IMG/VR virus record: IMGVR_UViG_2684622669_000014 | DNA: 9,088 nucleotides | Direction: 5' to 3' (one strand) | From: a virus | Lineage: Duplodnaviria; Heunggongvirae; Uroviricota; Caudoviricetes | In this document: positions 1 through 6,740 of the stretch, piece by piece | Position numbering within the stretch: the stretch's first letter is position 1 | How the letters are laid out: the number at the start of each line of letters is the position of its first letter | Made by a program: the position numbers and the translations under genes | Notes under the pieces: generated by a model | The model's input: the letters and a program-made list of their open reading frames with translations, nothing else | Told to the model about the DNA's origin: nothing | Databases searched by the model: none

Positions 1-74
1 AGGCATGTGGTGAGGCGTTTCTGGCGCAGGTTCGCCTGCAGGCGGAAAAGCTGGTCAGGGAGATGGCGGCATGA
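1..74 (+). CDS. 3' end of an unidentified upstream nin-region gene (5'-truncated by the window edge)
   Basis: Frame 3 is open from the window start and ends at TGA 72-74 (C-terminus ...LQAEKLVREMAA), forming an ATGA start/stop overlap with the next gene at 71. Too short to identify; not in the ORF track because it has no start in the window. Confidence 0.4.
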   Translation, partial: ACGEAFLAQVRLQAEKLVREMAA

Positions 75-397
75 CGACGTTAACTCAATGCCAGCAGCAG
101 GTGCTGGATATGCTGATTTCTTATCAGAAAGAGCGTGGCTTCCCGCCAACCAATCAGGAGGTGGCAACCATGCTGGGATACCGTTCGGTGAATGCAGCGG
201 TGGAGCATCTTCGCGCACTGGAGAAAAAAGGCGTCATCACGATAAAGCGTGGTGTGGCCCGGGGGATCACGCTTCATACCGCGGTGAAGGACGACGACAG
301 CGAGGCGGTCGGGATTATCCGCTCACTGCTTGCCGGTGAGGAAAACGCAAGGCTGCGTGCAACTCACTGGTTACATGAGAGAGGCCTGAAAGTATGA
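71..397 (+). CDS. LexA-like winged-helix DNA-binding domain protein lacking the S24 peptidase domain (108 aa)
   Basis: ORF 71..397 with SD AGGGAG 57-62. The N-terminal ~70 aa resemble the LexA N-terminal DNA-binding domain as I recall it (LexA ...[55 protein letters not shown]... vs here LTQCQQQVLDMLISYQKERGFPPTNQEVATMLGYRSVNAAVEHLRALEKKGVITI). Stop overlaps the rusA start (ATGA). Confidence 0.75.
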   Translation: MTTLTQCQQQVLDMLISYQKERGFPPTNQEVATMLGYRSVNAAVEHLRALEKKGVITIKRGVARGITLHTAVKDDDSEAVGIIRSLLAGEENARLRATHWLHERGLKV

Positions 398-783
398 AGC
401 TGATCCTGCCTTTCCCGCCCAGCGTGAACACCTACTGGCGACACCCCAACAAAGGGGCATTTGCTGGTAAGAGCCTGATAAGCGCGGCGGGGCGAAAATT
501 TCAGAGCGCGGCGTGCGCAGCAATAGTTGAGCAGTTACGTCGTCTGCCAAAACCAACGTCGGCACCTGCTTCAGTGGAGATCGTGTTGTTTCCTCCGGAT
601 AACCGGATCCGCGATCTGGACAACTATAACAAGGCGCTGTTTGACGCCCTGACCCACGCGGGTGTGTGGGAAGACGACAGACAGGTGAAAAGAATGCTGG
701 TGGAGTGGGGACCGGTTATCCCGAAAGGGAAGGTCGAGATCACTATCAGTAAGTATGAGAAACCGGCGGGTGCAGCCGCCTGA
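394..783 (+). CDS. rusA: RusA-family Holliday junction resolvase (crossover junction endodeoxyribonuclease)
   Basis: 129-aa ORF with RusA signatures (LPFPPSVNTYWR, DLDN, FDALTHAGVWEDDRQV). Translationally coupled to the upstream gene via ATGA overlap; typical nin-region position upstream of Q. Confidence 0.9.
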   Translation: MKLILPFPPSVNTYWRHPNKGAFAGKSLISAAGRKFQSAACAAIVEQLRRLPKPTSAPASVEIVLFPPDNRIRDLDNYNKALFDALTHAGVWEDDRQVKRMLVEWGPVIPKGKVEITISKYEKPAGAAA

Positions 784-802
784 TTAAGAGGAGAAACGAA
801 GT

Positions 803-1612
803 ATGAATAATCTGATGGTTATTGATGGTATTGAAGTTCGTCGTGATGCTTATGGGCGTTACAGCCTGAACGATCTGCACAGGGCAGCCGGGGGAGAACA
901 AAAAAACCGCCCGAAATACTGGCTCTCCAATAAGCAAACCTGTGAATTGATTGAACAACTTTTCACCGAGGGTGGAATTCCGCCTCTGGAACAAAATCAA
1001 CCAGTTAGCGTCATTAATGGCGGAAATAACCAGGGGACGTATGTCTGCAAAGAACTGGTGTATGCCTATGCAATGTGGATCAGCCCGTCATTCCATCTGA
1101 AGGTGATCCGTACTTTCGATATGGTAACCAGCGCACCGGAAAAATTATCCGGGCAGGCTGCTGACAAGATGCAGGCTGGAGTGATTCTGCTGGACTTTAT
1201 GCGCAGGGAGTTAAACCTGTCTAACTCTTCAGTGCTTGGTGCCTGTCAGAAACTCCAGGAGGCTGTTGGCTTACCGAATCTGGCACCGCGCTATGCCATT
1301 GATGCTCCTGCTGATGCACACGATGGCTCAAGTCGCCCGACACTGTCACTGAGTGCACTGCTGAAACAGTATGGTATACGCCTGACGGCTAATCAGGCAT
1401 ATCACCAGATGGTGAAACTGGGGATCGTCGAGCAGCGCGAACGATACAGCCGTACCGCGATTAACAACATCAAAAAATTCTGGTCGCTGACAGCGAAAGG
1501 TTGCATGTTCGGCAAGAACATCACCAGTCCCGCAAATCCGCGCGAGACGCAGCCGCATTTCTTCGAATCCCGATTCCCTGAGCTGTTAAAGCTGCTCGAT
1601 ACCGTTCATTGA
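803..1612 (+). CDS. KilA-N domain protein (phage antirepressor/Roi-like DNA-binding protein)
   Basis: 269-aa ORF with strong SD (AAGAGGAG) 8-15 nt upstream. N-terminal ~100 aa match the KilA-N fold signature (VIDGIEVRRDAYGRYSLNDLHRAAGG...KYWLSNKQTCELIEQL...GTYVCKELVYAYAMWISPSFHLKVIRTF). Confidence 0.85.
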   Translation: MNNLMVIDGIEVRRDAYGRYSLNDLHRAAGGEQKNRPKYWLSNKQTCELIEQLFTEGGIPPLEQNQPVSVINGGNNQGTYVCKELVYAYAMWISPSFHLKVIRTFDMVTSAPEKLSGQAADKMQAGVILLDFMRRELNLSNSSVLGACQKLQEAVGLPNLAPRYAIDAPADAHDGSSRPTLSLSALLKQYGIRLTANQAYHQMVKLGIVEQRERYSRTAINNIKKFWSLTAKGCMFGKNITSPANPRETQPHFFESRFPELLKLLDTVH

Positions 1613-1613
1613 G

Positions 1614-1955
1614 GTGACCGTGAGAGCACTACTGACCCCTGAAATTGCCCCGCGTATGGGGATCGTATTGTTCAGGCCAGGTTCAGAGCTGATGCCCCTG
1701 TTTATGCAGGGGCGTGTCCTGCTGGAGCCTGAGCCGGAACGTTATTCATCTTTTGCCAGTGGTGCCGTTCCGGCTGCATCACAACCGCTGGCGGATGATC
1801 CTGCCGTTCGGGCCGTGTTCCGCAATGAGGCAGTGATCCGTCGTGCTGGTGGCGTGGAATGTCTTGAAAGCTGGTTACTTCGTGAAAAAGGCTGCCAGTG
1901 GCCTCATTCCGACTGGCACAGCGAGAACATGACCACAATGCGAAGCAACGGATAA
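1614..1955 (+). CDS. Hypothetical phage protein; possibly the N-terminal part of a YdfU/DUF968-like gene that continues in another frame
   Basis: 113-aa ORF starting with GTG immediately after the KilA-N stop. No recognisable motif. The downstream frame-1 ORF is open from 1933 and overlaps this ORF's 3' end, suggesting one gene interrupted by a frameshift. Confidence 0.5.
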   Translation: MTVRALLTPEIAPRMGIVLFRPGSELMPLFMQGRVLLEPEPERYSSFASGAVPAASQPLADDPAVRAVFRNEAVIRRAGGVECLESWLLREKGCQWPHSDWHSENMTTMRSNG

Positions 1956-1968
1956 CTGTGCCCGCTGG

Positions 1969-2529
1969 GTGTTGTCTGTTGTGCGTCGGGATCTCGGTTT
2001 TGATGACAGTCACGTTGTGACAATGCCGGAACTATGCTGGTGGCTGATTCGTAATGATCTGGCGGATGCCTTACCGGAAAGTGCAGCCCGTAAGGCACTG
2101 AGATTACCGAAGCCTTTTGTGCCGTCTGTCACCCGGGAAAGTGACCTAGTGCCTTCGGTTCCTGCCACCAGCATCATCCAGAATAAAGCGAAAAAGGTGC
2201 TGGCGCTGAAAGTGGATCCGGAGTCGCCGGACTCTTTTATGTTACGCCCAAAACGTCGCCGCTGGGTTAATGAAAAGTACACGCGATGGGTTAAGACGCA
2301 GCCGTGCGCATGTTGTGGAAAACCTGCTGATGATCCCCACCACCTGATAGGCCACGGTCAGGGTGGAATGGGGACAAAAGCGCATGACCTCTTTGTGTTG
2401 CCTTTGTGCAGAAAGCATCACGACGAGCTGCATGCGGATACTGTGGCATTCGAAGAGAAGTATGGCTCCCAGCTGGAGCTGATATTTCGTTTTATCGATC
2501 GTGCGCTGGCGATTGGTGTGCTGGCCTGA
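1969..2529 (+). CDS. YdfU/DUF968-like prophage protein with Cys/His cluster (putative zinc-binding, HNH-like)
   Basis: 186-aa ORF containing [14 protein letters not shown] ... CRKHHDELH. Sits immediately upstream of Q, as the DUF968 gene ydfU does beside the Q homolog in the K-12 Qin prophage (from memory). Start is uncertain: GTG 1969 or ATG 2027, both without a clear SD. Confidence 0.6.
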   Translation: MLSVVRRDLGFDDSHVVTMPELCWWLIRNDLADALPESAARKALRLPKPFVPSVTRESDLVPSVPATSIIQNKAKKVLALKVDPESPDSFMLRPKRRRWVNEKYTRWVKTQPCACCGKPADDPHHLIGHGQGGMGTKAHDLFVLPLCRKHHDELHADTVAFEEKYGSQLELIFRFIDRALAIGVLA

Positions 2530-2546
2530 TTTTGTGGAGAAAGTTG

Positions 2547-2924
2547 ATGCGTGATATTCAGATGGTTCTTGAGCGTTGGGGAGCGTGGGCGGCTAATAAT
2601 CATGAAGATGTGACTTGGTCGTCCATTGCCGCCGGTTTTAAGGGATTAATTCCTTCAAAAGTAAAATCTCGCCCACAATGTTGTGACGATGACGCGATGA
2701 TCATTTGCGGGTGCATGGCCCGTCTGAAAAAGAACAACAGCGATTTGCATGATTTATTGGTGGACTATTATGTCGGCGGCATGACTTTTATGGCGCTTGC
2801 ACGTAAGCATGGGCGATCTGATTGTTGGGTTGGCAGGATGCTCCAGAAAGCTGAGGGCGTAGTGGAGGGTATGCTGATGGTGTTGGATCTCCGATTGGAG
2901 ATGGATGCTGATTGTTCGAAATAA
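2547..2924 (+). CDS. Q: Late-gene antiterminator Q (phage 21/QuuD-type)
   Basis: ORF track gives 2406..2924, but the protein from the internal ATG 2547 ([34 protein letters not shown]...[16 protein letters not shown]...) matches the DLP12 QuuD-type Q antiterminator as I recall it, has an SD GGAG at 2536-2539, and avoids overlapping the upstream gene. Confidence 0.9.
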   Translation: MRDIQMVLERWGAWAANNHEDVTWSSIAAGFKGLIPSKVKSRPQCCDDDAMIICGCMARLKKNNSDLHDLLVDYYVGGMTFMALARKHGRSDCWVGRMLQKAEGVVEGMLMVLDLRLEMDADCSK

Positions 2925-2936
2925 TTAAAGGAAAAG

Positions 2937-2965
2937 TTGCTGTCTGATTGTCATTAGTCTAACAT
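2937..2965 (+). promoter_or_regulatory. Candidate late promoter pR' (-35 TTGCTG, 17-nt spacer, -10 TAACAT); a Q-utilisation (qut) site is expected within or just downstream
   Basis: TTGCTG at 2937-2942 and TAACAT at 2960-2965, just after the Q stop. A start near 2972 with termination at tR' near 3051 would give a short ~80-nt leader as in lambdoid late operons. Hexamers are non-consensus; assignment is by position. Confidence 0.35.
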
Positions 2966-3022
2966 TTTAAATGTTGGAATCGCAACGTAGTTATTATCAT
3001 ATAACAGCTTGTTTCCTGATTT

Positions 3023-3051
3023 AGCCAGCCTCCCCAAAGGCTGGTTTTTTT
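3023..3051 (+). terminator. Rho-independent terminator, candidate tR' (target of Q antitermination)
   Basis: GC-rich hairpin CCAGCC(3025-3030)-loop TCCCCAAA-GGCTGG(3039-3044) followed by T-run 3045-3051. The minus-strand reading has no U-tail, so it is + oriented. Confidence 0.7.
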
Positions 3052-3079
3052 CTAATAAGTATTATTTCGGGTAGGGATT

Positions 3080-3604
3080 TTATTGTTTAACCCATAATAA
3101 TTCATTGACATTGAATCCCAACTTTTGAGCGGTTCGCACATAGTCTGCTTTTACTTTATCTGGAATAGTTGGGGTCCTTGCCAGAATCCATAGGTATTCT
3201 CTGTTCGGACCACTGACAAGAGCATACTTATACTCATCATCCAGTTTGATTACATTATAGCCACCATAGAAGGGGCCAAAAAACGAAACCTTCAACGCTG
3301 CAGTTTTAGTATCTCCAGTAAAGTATGCTTTACCTTCGCTCTCGCTCCATTTATTTTTCGTTGGATCGTATCCACGGTTAAGTACACGAATCCCTCCGTC
3401 GTTCCGTTTTCCATAAGTAGCGCTGACCTGTTCCAGACTACGTTCGAACCGGTTCTCGAGGCGAGCTATTTCATACCATTTTCCGAGGTAGCGGTTGGCG
3501 TCAAAATTTGTAATCGGCTGCACACCTTTAGGTGGTGTCGGGGCCTTACATGCTATAAGAGTGAAAGAGAGTGCAATGCCAGTCAACACAGGCCATAACT
3601 TCAT
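3080..3604 (-). CDS. Bacterial lipocalin (Blc-like) outer-membrane lipoprotein
   Basis: 174-aa ORF with a lipoprotein signal peptide and lipobox (LIAC) and lipocalin motifs close to E. coli Blc as I recall it (NFDANRYLGKWYEIARLENRFER, GKAYFTGDTKTAALKVSFFGPFYGGYNVI, YLWILARTP). Convergent with late transcription from pR'. Confidence 0.9.
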   Translation of the reverse strand: MKLWPVLTGIALSFTLIACKAPTPPKGVQPITNFDANRYLGKWYEIARLENRFERSLEQVSATYGKRNDGGIRVLNRGYDPTKNKWSESEGKAYFTGDTKTAALKVSFFGPFYGGYNVIKLDDEYKYALVSGPNREYLWILARTPTIPDKVKADYVRTAQKLGFNVNELLWVKQ

Positions 3605-3796
3605 AATAAATCCTGTACTTTTGATAGTTGAGAGTAAGTATGAAAGATAGATGATTACGACCGATCACTTAAAGAACTTTCATACTATATTAGGAATAGT
3701 CCATAACAGAAAAATTGTCAGTGATGACGCCAGAAAGGCAATTTATTCCGTGCACTACACAGTTTATGTGTTAATGAATTAGTCAAGGGGGAGGAT

Positions 3797-4756
3797 ATGA
3801 TAAAAAAACCTGTGATTGGAATTAGCGGTTGTTTGGCCGGTTCTGCTGTTCGTTTTGATGGTGGTCACAAAAGAGCTGACTTTTTAATGGACAAATTAGT
3901 GGAATGGGTAACATTCAGACCAGTATGTCCGGAAATGGCTATAGGGCTGCCAGTTCCGCGTCCTGCTCTACGTCTTGTGCGCTCGACGCAAGGAAATATA
4001 CGGATGTGTTTCAGCCACGACCAGAATGAGGATGTGACAGAGAGAATGACAGAGTTTAGTCGTTCTTATATGGACAAATTAAAGGATGTATCGGGGTTTG
4101 TGGTTTGTGCTAAATCTCCCAGCTGTGGCATGGAGCGCGTGCGTGTCTATGATGAAAATGGTAATCGAGGTCGTAAAGATGGAGTGGGACTATTTACGAG
4201 CACTTTGATGGAAAAGTTTTCCTGGCTACCGGTTGAAGAGGATGGGCGATTACATGATCCAGTGCTTCGTGAGAATTTTGTTGAAAGAGTTTTTGCTTTG
4301 CATGAGCTCAATCACCTTTACAAGGAGAAATTATCAAGAAGAGAGTTATTAGCTTTTCATAGTCGTTATAAGCTTCAGTTGTTGGCGCATAGTCAGGCAG
4401 GCTATAAAGATATGGGACCATTTGTGGCTGCAATACACGAGTGGGCGGACCTTGAATCATACTTTGAGGTGTATCGTGATAAGCTGATGGCGATTCTCAG
4501 AAAACCTGCATCACGTAAAAATCACACGAATGTGCTGATGCATATACAGGGGTATTTTAGTAACTACTTAAGTACACGCCAGCGTAAAGAGTTGAGCGAG
4601 GTTATACTTAACTATCGTTCTGGCACATTACCTCTTCTTGCGCCGTTGACTCTGCTGAAGCATTATCTGGGTGAGTATCCTAATGACTACTTGCTTACAC
4701 AGAATTACTTCGATCCCTATCCGGACGAACTGGCTCTAAGACTGATGGTAAATTAA
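3797..4756 (+). CDS. DUF523-DUF1722 fusion protein (TudS-like Fe-S thiouracil-desulfidase domain plus YbgA-like C-terminal domain)
   Basis: 319-aa ORF with strong SD GGGGGAGG 6 nt upstream. N-terminal domain carries the conserved cysteines expected of DUF523/TudS [4Fe-4S] proteins (GISGCLAG, PVCPE, CAKSPSCG); C-terminal half resembles DUF1722/YbgA. Mid-range GC, unlike the phage backbone. Confidence 0.85.
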   Translation: MIKKPVIGISGCLAGSAVRFDGGHKRADFLMDKLVEWVTFRPVCPEMAIGLPVPRPALRLVRSTQGNIRMCFSHDQNEDVTERMTEFSRSYMDKLKDVSGFVVCAKSPSCGMERVRVYDENGNRGRKDGVGLFTSTLMEKFSWLPVEEDGRLHDPVLRENFVERVFALHELNHLYKEKLSRRELLAFHSRYKLQLLAHSQAGYKDMGPFVAAIHEWADLESYFEVYRDKLMAILRKPASRKNHTNVLMHIQGYFSNYLSTRQRKELSEVILNYRSGTLPLLAPLTLLKHYLGEYPNDYLLTQNYFDPYPDELALRLMVN

Positions 4757-5107
4757 TTGTATGCGATATCATCCAAAAGGATGAGTTCCTGCATGCAGGA
4801 TATTTACAATCGTAAAAACTACACTATGATACCCAGAGTGTCAGTTTGTATAAAAACTCTGTTTACGCTGAAGAAACCATTGAGATGCAACTTAAAGTTG
4901 GTAAACATGCCAGTCAAAATATATAATATTATGATTCCACGCAGCTATATATAATATAACAGATTGGTTTAATAATTTGCCTTTGTGAGTTAAATACATA
5001 ATTTTATACTTGTGATGCAATGAGATTTTCCTTATTGTTGAACTGGCGAATATTGATTTTCCACCTATACTTACCTGGTGTAACCCCAATGATATCAGGT
5101 GGATAAT

Positions 5108-5839
5108 ATGCCATACATATGTTCTATCATTTTGGTGTTGAACTCGTTTGATGTCCGAATTGGTAAAGAAGATATTTTGTTTAAAAAAGGAAGTGCTGTT
5201 CTCATTGATTACAATTTAAAAGATTTTTTTTCATCAAATATAGATCATGTAATGATCGTAGATATTGAAGAGAAAACAGTTAATGATTTCTTTAAAAGCA
5301 ATACACTCTCACCTTTTTCTGTAAGAAGGTTTTATCCGGCATACTTGATGGTGGAGTGTGAAGATTTTTCATTGTTAAAGAATTTGATTGCATGCTTGAA
5401 TTGTGATGGCAGAACTGTGGATTTTGTTAGAAATCAAATATCACTTGCATGTCTTGCTATCTTATCTTCAGAGAAAATAGTGCAAAGTTTTTTATTTGGA
5501 TGTCTTAATAGTTTAGGAAGTAAAGTTAAGGCTATTATTCACACGGATATATCTGCAGCATGGAGACTTTGTGATATATCTTCAAGACTGTATTTGAGTG
5601 AAAGTCTGTTAAAAAGAAAATTAAAGCACGAAGGCTTATCATTTAGTAAGTTAATTCTTGAAGAGCGAATGGTGATGGCGGAAAGGTTATTAAGCTACAA
5701 TTTATATTCTGTTGGAAAAGTTGCTGAGATATGCGGTTATGAAAACACGTCATATTTTGTAAGTGTTTTCAGAAGATATTTTGGTGTTCCTCCCCATCAA
5801 TATTCATCAAGATTTTTTTTAGAAAAAGACATGATGTAA
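5108..5839 (+). CDS. AraC/XylS-family transcriptional regulator (Rns/GadX-like, AT-rich)
   Basis: C-terminal ~100 aa show the AraC double-HTH signature (LSFSKLILEERMVMAERLL...SVGKVAEICGYENTSYFVSVFRRYFGVPPHQY). ORF track starts at GTG 5099; I prefer ATG 5108 with SD AGGTGG at 5097-5102. Strongly AT-rich by eye, with a ~350-bp AT-rich upstream region. Confidence 0.8.
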   Translation: MPYICSIILVLNSFDVRIGKEDILFKKGSAVLIDYNLKDFFSSNIDHVMIVDIEEKTVNDFFKSNTLSPFSVRRFYPAYLMVECEDFSLLKNLIACLNCDGRTVDFVRNQISLACLAILSSEKIVQSFLFGCLNSLGSKVKAIIHTDISAAWRLCDISSRLYLSESLLKRKLKHEGLSFSKLILEERMVMAERLLSYNLYSVGKVAEICGYENTSYFVSVFRRYFGVPPHQYSSRFFLEKDMM

Positions 5840-6027
5840 CGTGATGCGTTTTAATGATTTTGTAATTTTTGTATTTGATAAATGTATGATGCTTTCAGCT
5901 ACGCCAGAATAATCGCTGGTGTTTTTCTTTTTGAATAGATGTTCAAGCCTTACGCTAATGTAACTTCTATACCTTTCCTCTTCGTTCCGAACCGTGTACA
6001 CCATCCGTTATTTGCGGAGGTGAGGCT

Positions 6028-6243
6028 ATGAAATCCATGGATAAGTTAACAACGGGCATTGCCTACGGCACCTCCGCAGGCAGTGCTGGCTACTGGTTTT
6101 TACAGCTGCTCGATAAAGTCACGCCCTCACAGTGGGCAGCAATAGGTGTGCTGGGTAGCTTGGTATTTGGCCTGCTGACGTACCTGACAAACCTTTATTT
6201 CAAGATTAAAGAAGATAAACGCAAGGCTGCGAGAGGTGAATAA
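6028..6243 (+). CDS. S: Phage-21-type pinholin (class II holin) with dual-start motif
   Basis: 71-aa ORF matching S21 pinholin as I recall it ([56 protein letters not shown]). SD GGAGG 6016-6020. Two in-frame starts (M1-K-S-M4: ATG 6028 and ATG 6037) consistent with antiholin/holin dual start. Stop overlaps the endolysin start. Confidence 0.9.
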   Translation: MKSMDKLTTGIAYGTSAGSAGYWFLQLLDKVTPSQWAAIGVLGSLVFGLLTYLTNLYFKIKEDKRKAARGE

Positions 6244-6740
6244 TGCCTCCATCATTACGAAAAGCCGTTGCTGCTGCTATTGGTGGCGGAGCAATTGCTA
6301 TAGCATCAGTGTTAATCACTGGCTCAAGTGGTAACGATGGTCTGGAAGGTGTCAGCTACATACCATACAAAGATATTGTTGGTGTATGGACTGTATGTCA
6401 CGGGCATACAGGAAAAGACATCATGCCCGGTAAAACGTATACCAAAGCAGAATGCAAAGCACTCTTGAATAAAGACCTTGCCACTGTCGCCAGACAAATT
6501 AACCCGTACATCAAAGTCGATATACCGGAAACAACGCACGCCGCTCTTTACTCATTCGTTTACAACGTGGGTGCTGGCAATTTCAGAACATCGACGCTTC
6601 TTCGCAAAATAAACCAGGGCGATATCAAAGGCGCATGTGATCAGCTACGTCGCTGGACATATGCTGGCGGTAAGCAATGGAAAGGTCTCATGACTCGTCG
6701 TGAGATTGAGCGTGAAATCTGTTTGTGGGGTCAGCAATGA
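6243..6740 (+). CDS. R: SAR endolysin (phage-21 R-type lysozyme, T4 lysozyme-like fold)
   Basis: 165-aa ORF with a Gly/Ala-rich N-terminal signal-anchor-release segment ([20 protein letters not shown]) followed by a lysozyme domain. Start overlaps the holin stop (TAATG); stop overlaps the Rz start (ATGA). Confidence 0.9.
   Translation: MPPSLRKAVAAAIGGGAIAIASVLITGSSGNDGLEGVSYIPYKDIVGVWTVCHGHTGKDIMPGKTYTKAECKALLNKDLATVARQINPYIKVDIPETTHAALYSFVYNVGAGNFRTSTLLRKINQGDIKGACDQLRRWTYAGGKQWKGLMTRREIEREICLWGQQ

Noticed and set aside
7-339. 110-aa + strand ORF overlapping the LexA-like gene in another frame
   Set aside because: Arginine/glycine-rich, low-complexity translation typical of an off-frame read of GC-rich coding DNA; the overlapping frame has a clear homolog and SD.
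1563-1571. TTCGAATCC motif resembling a tRNA T-loop
   Set aside because: It lies inside the KilA-N coding frame with no flanking acceptor or anticodon stem complementarity. No tRNA-like cloverleaf was found anywhere in the window, unlike the tRNA genes between Q and stx in Stx phages.
2406-2546. N-terminal extension of the Q ORF as given in the ORF track (start at 2406)
   Set aside because: The extension overlaps the 3' end of the DUF968-like gene and has no homology. The internal ATG 2547 has an SD and reproduces the known Q N-terminus ([11 protein letters not shown]...).
4757-5089. Two 65-aa ORFs (4757..4954 + and 4892..5089 -) in the AT-rich region upstream of the AraC-like gene
   Set aside because: Low-complexity translations without SD sequences; open frames of this length arise by chance in AT-rich DNA. 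The region more likely serves as regulatory or leader DNA.
5819-6004. 61-aa minus-strand ORF between the AraC-like gene and the holin
   Set aside because: It overlaps the AraC-like gene's 3' end and the holin promoter region, and has no SD or recognisable motif; likely spurious.
2925-6027. Possibility of Shiga toxin (stxAB) genes at the Q-S junction
   Set aside because: None of the ORFs here resembles StxA or StxB; the cargo is a lipocalin, a DUF523-DUF1722 protein and an AraC-family regulator.
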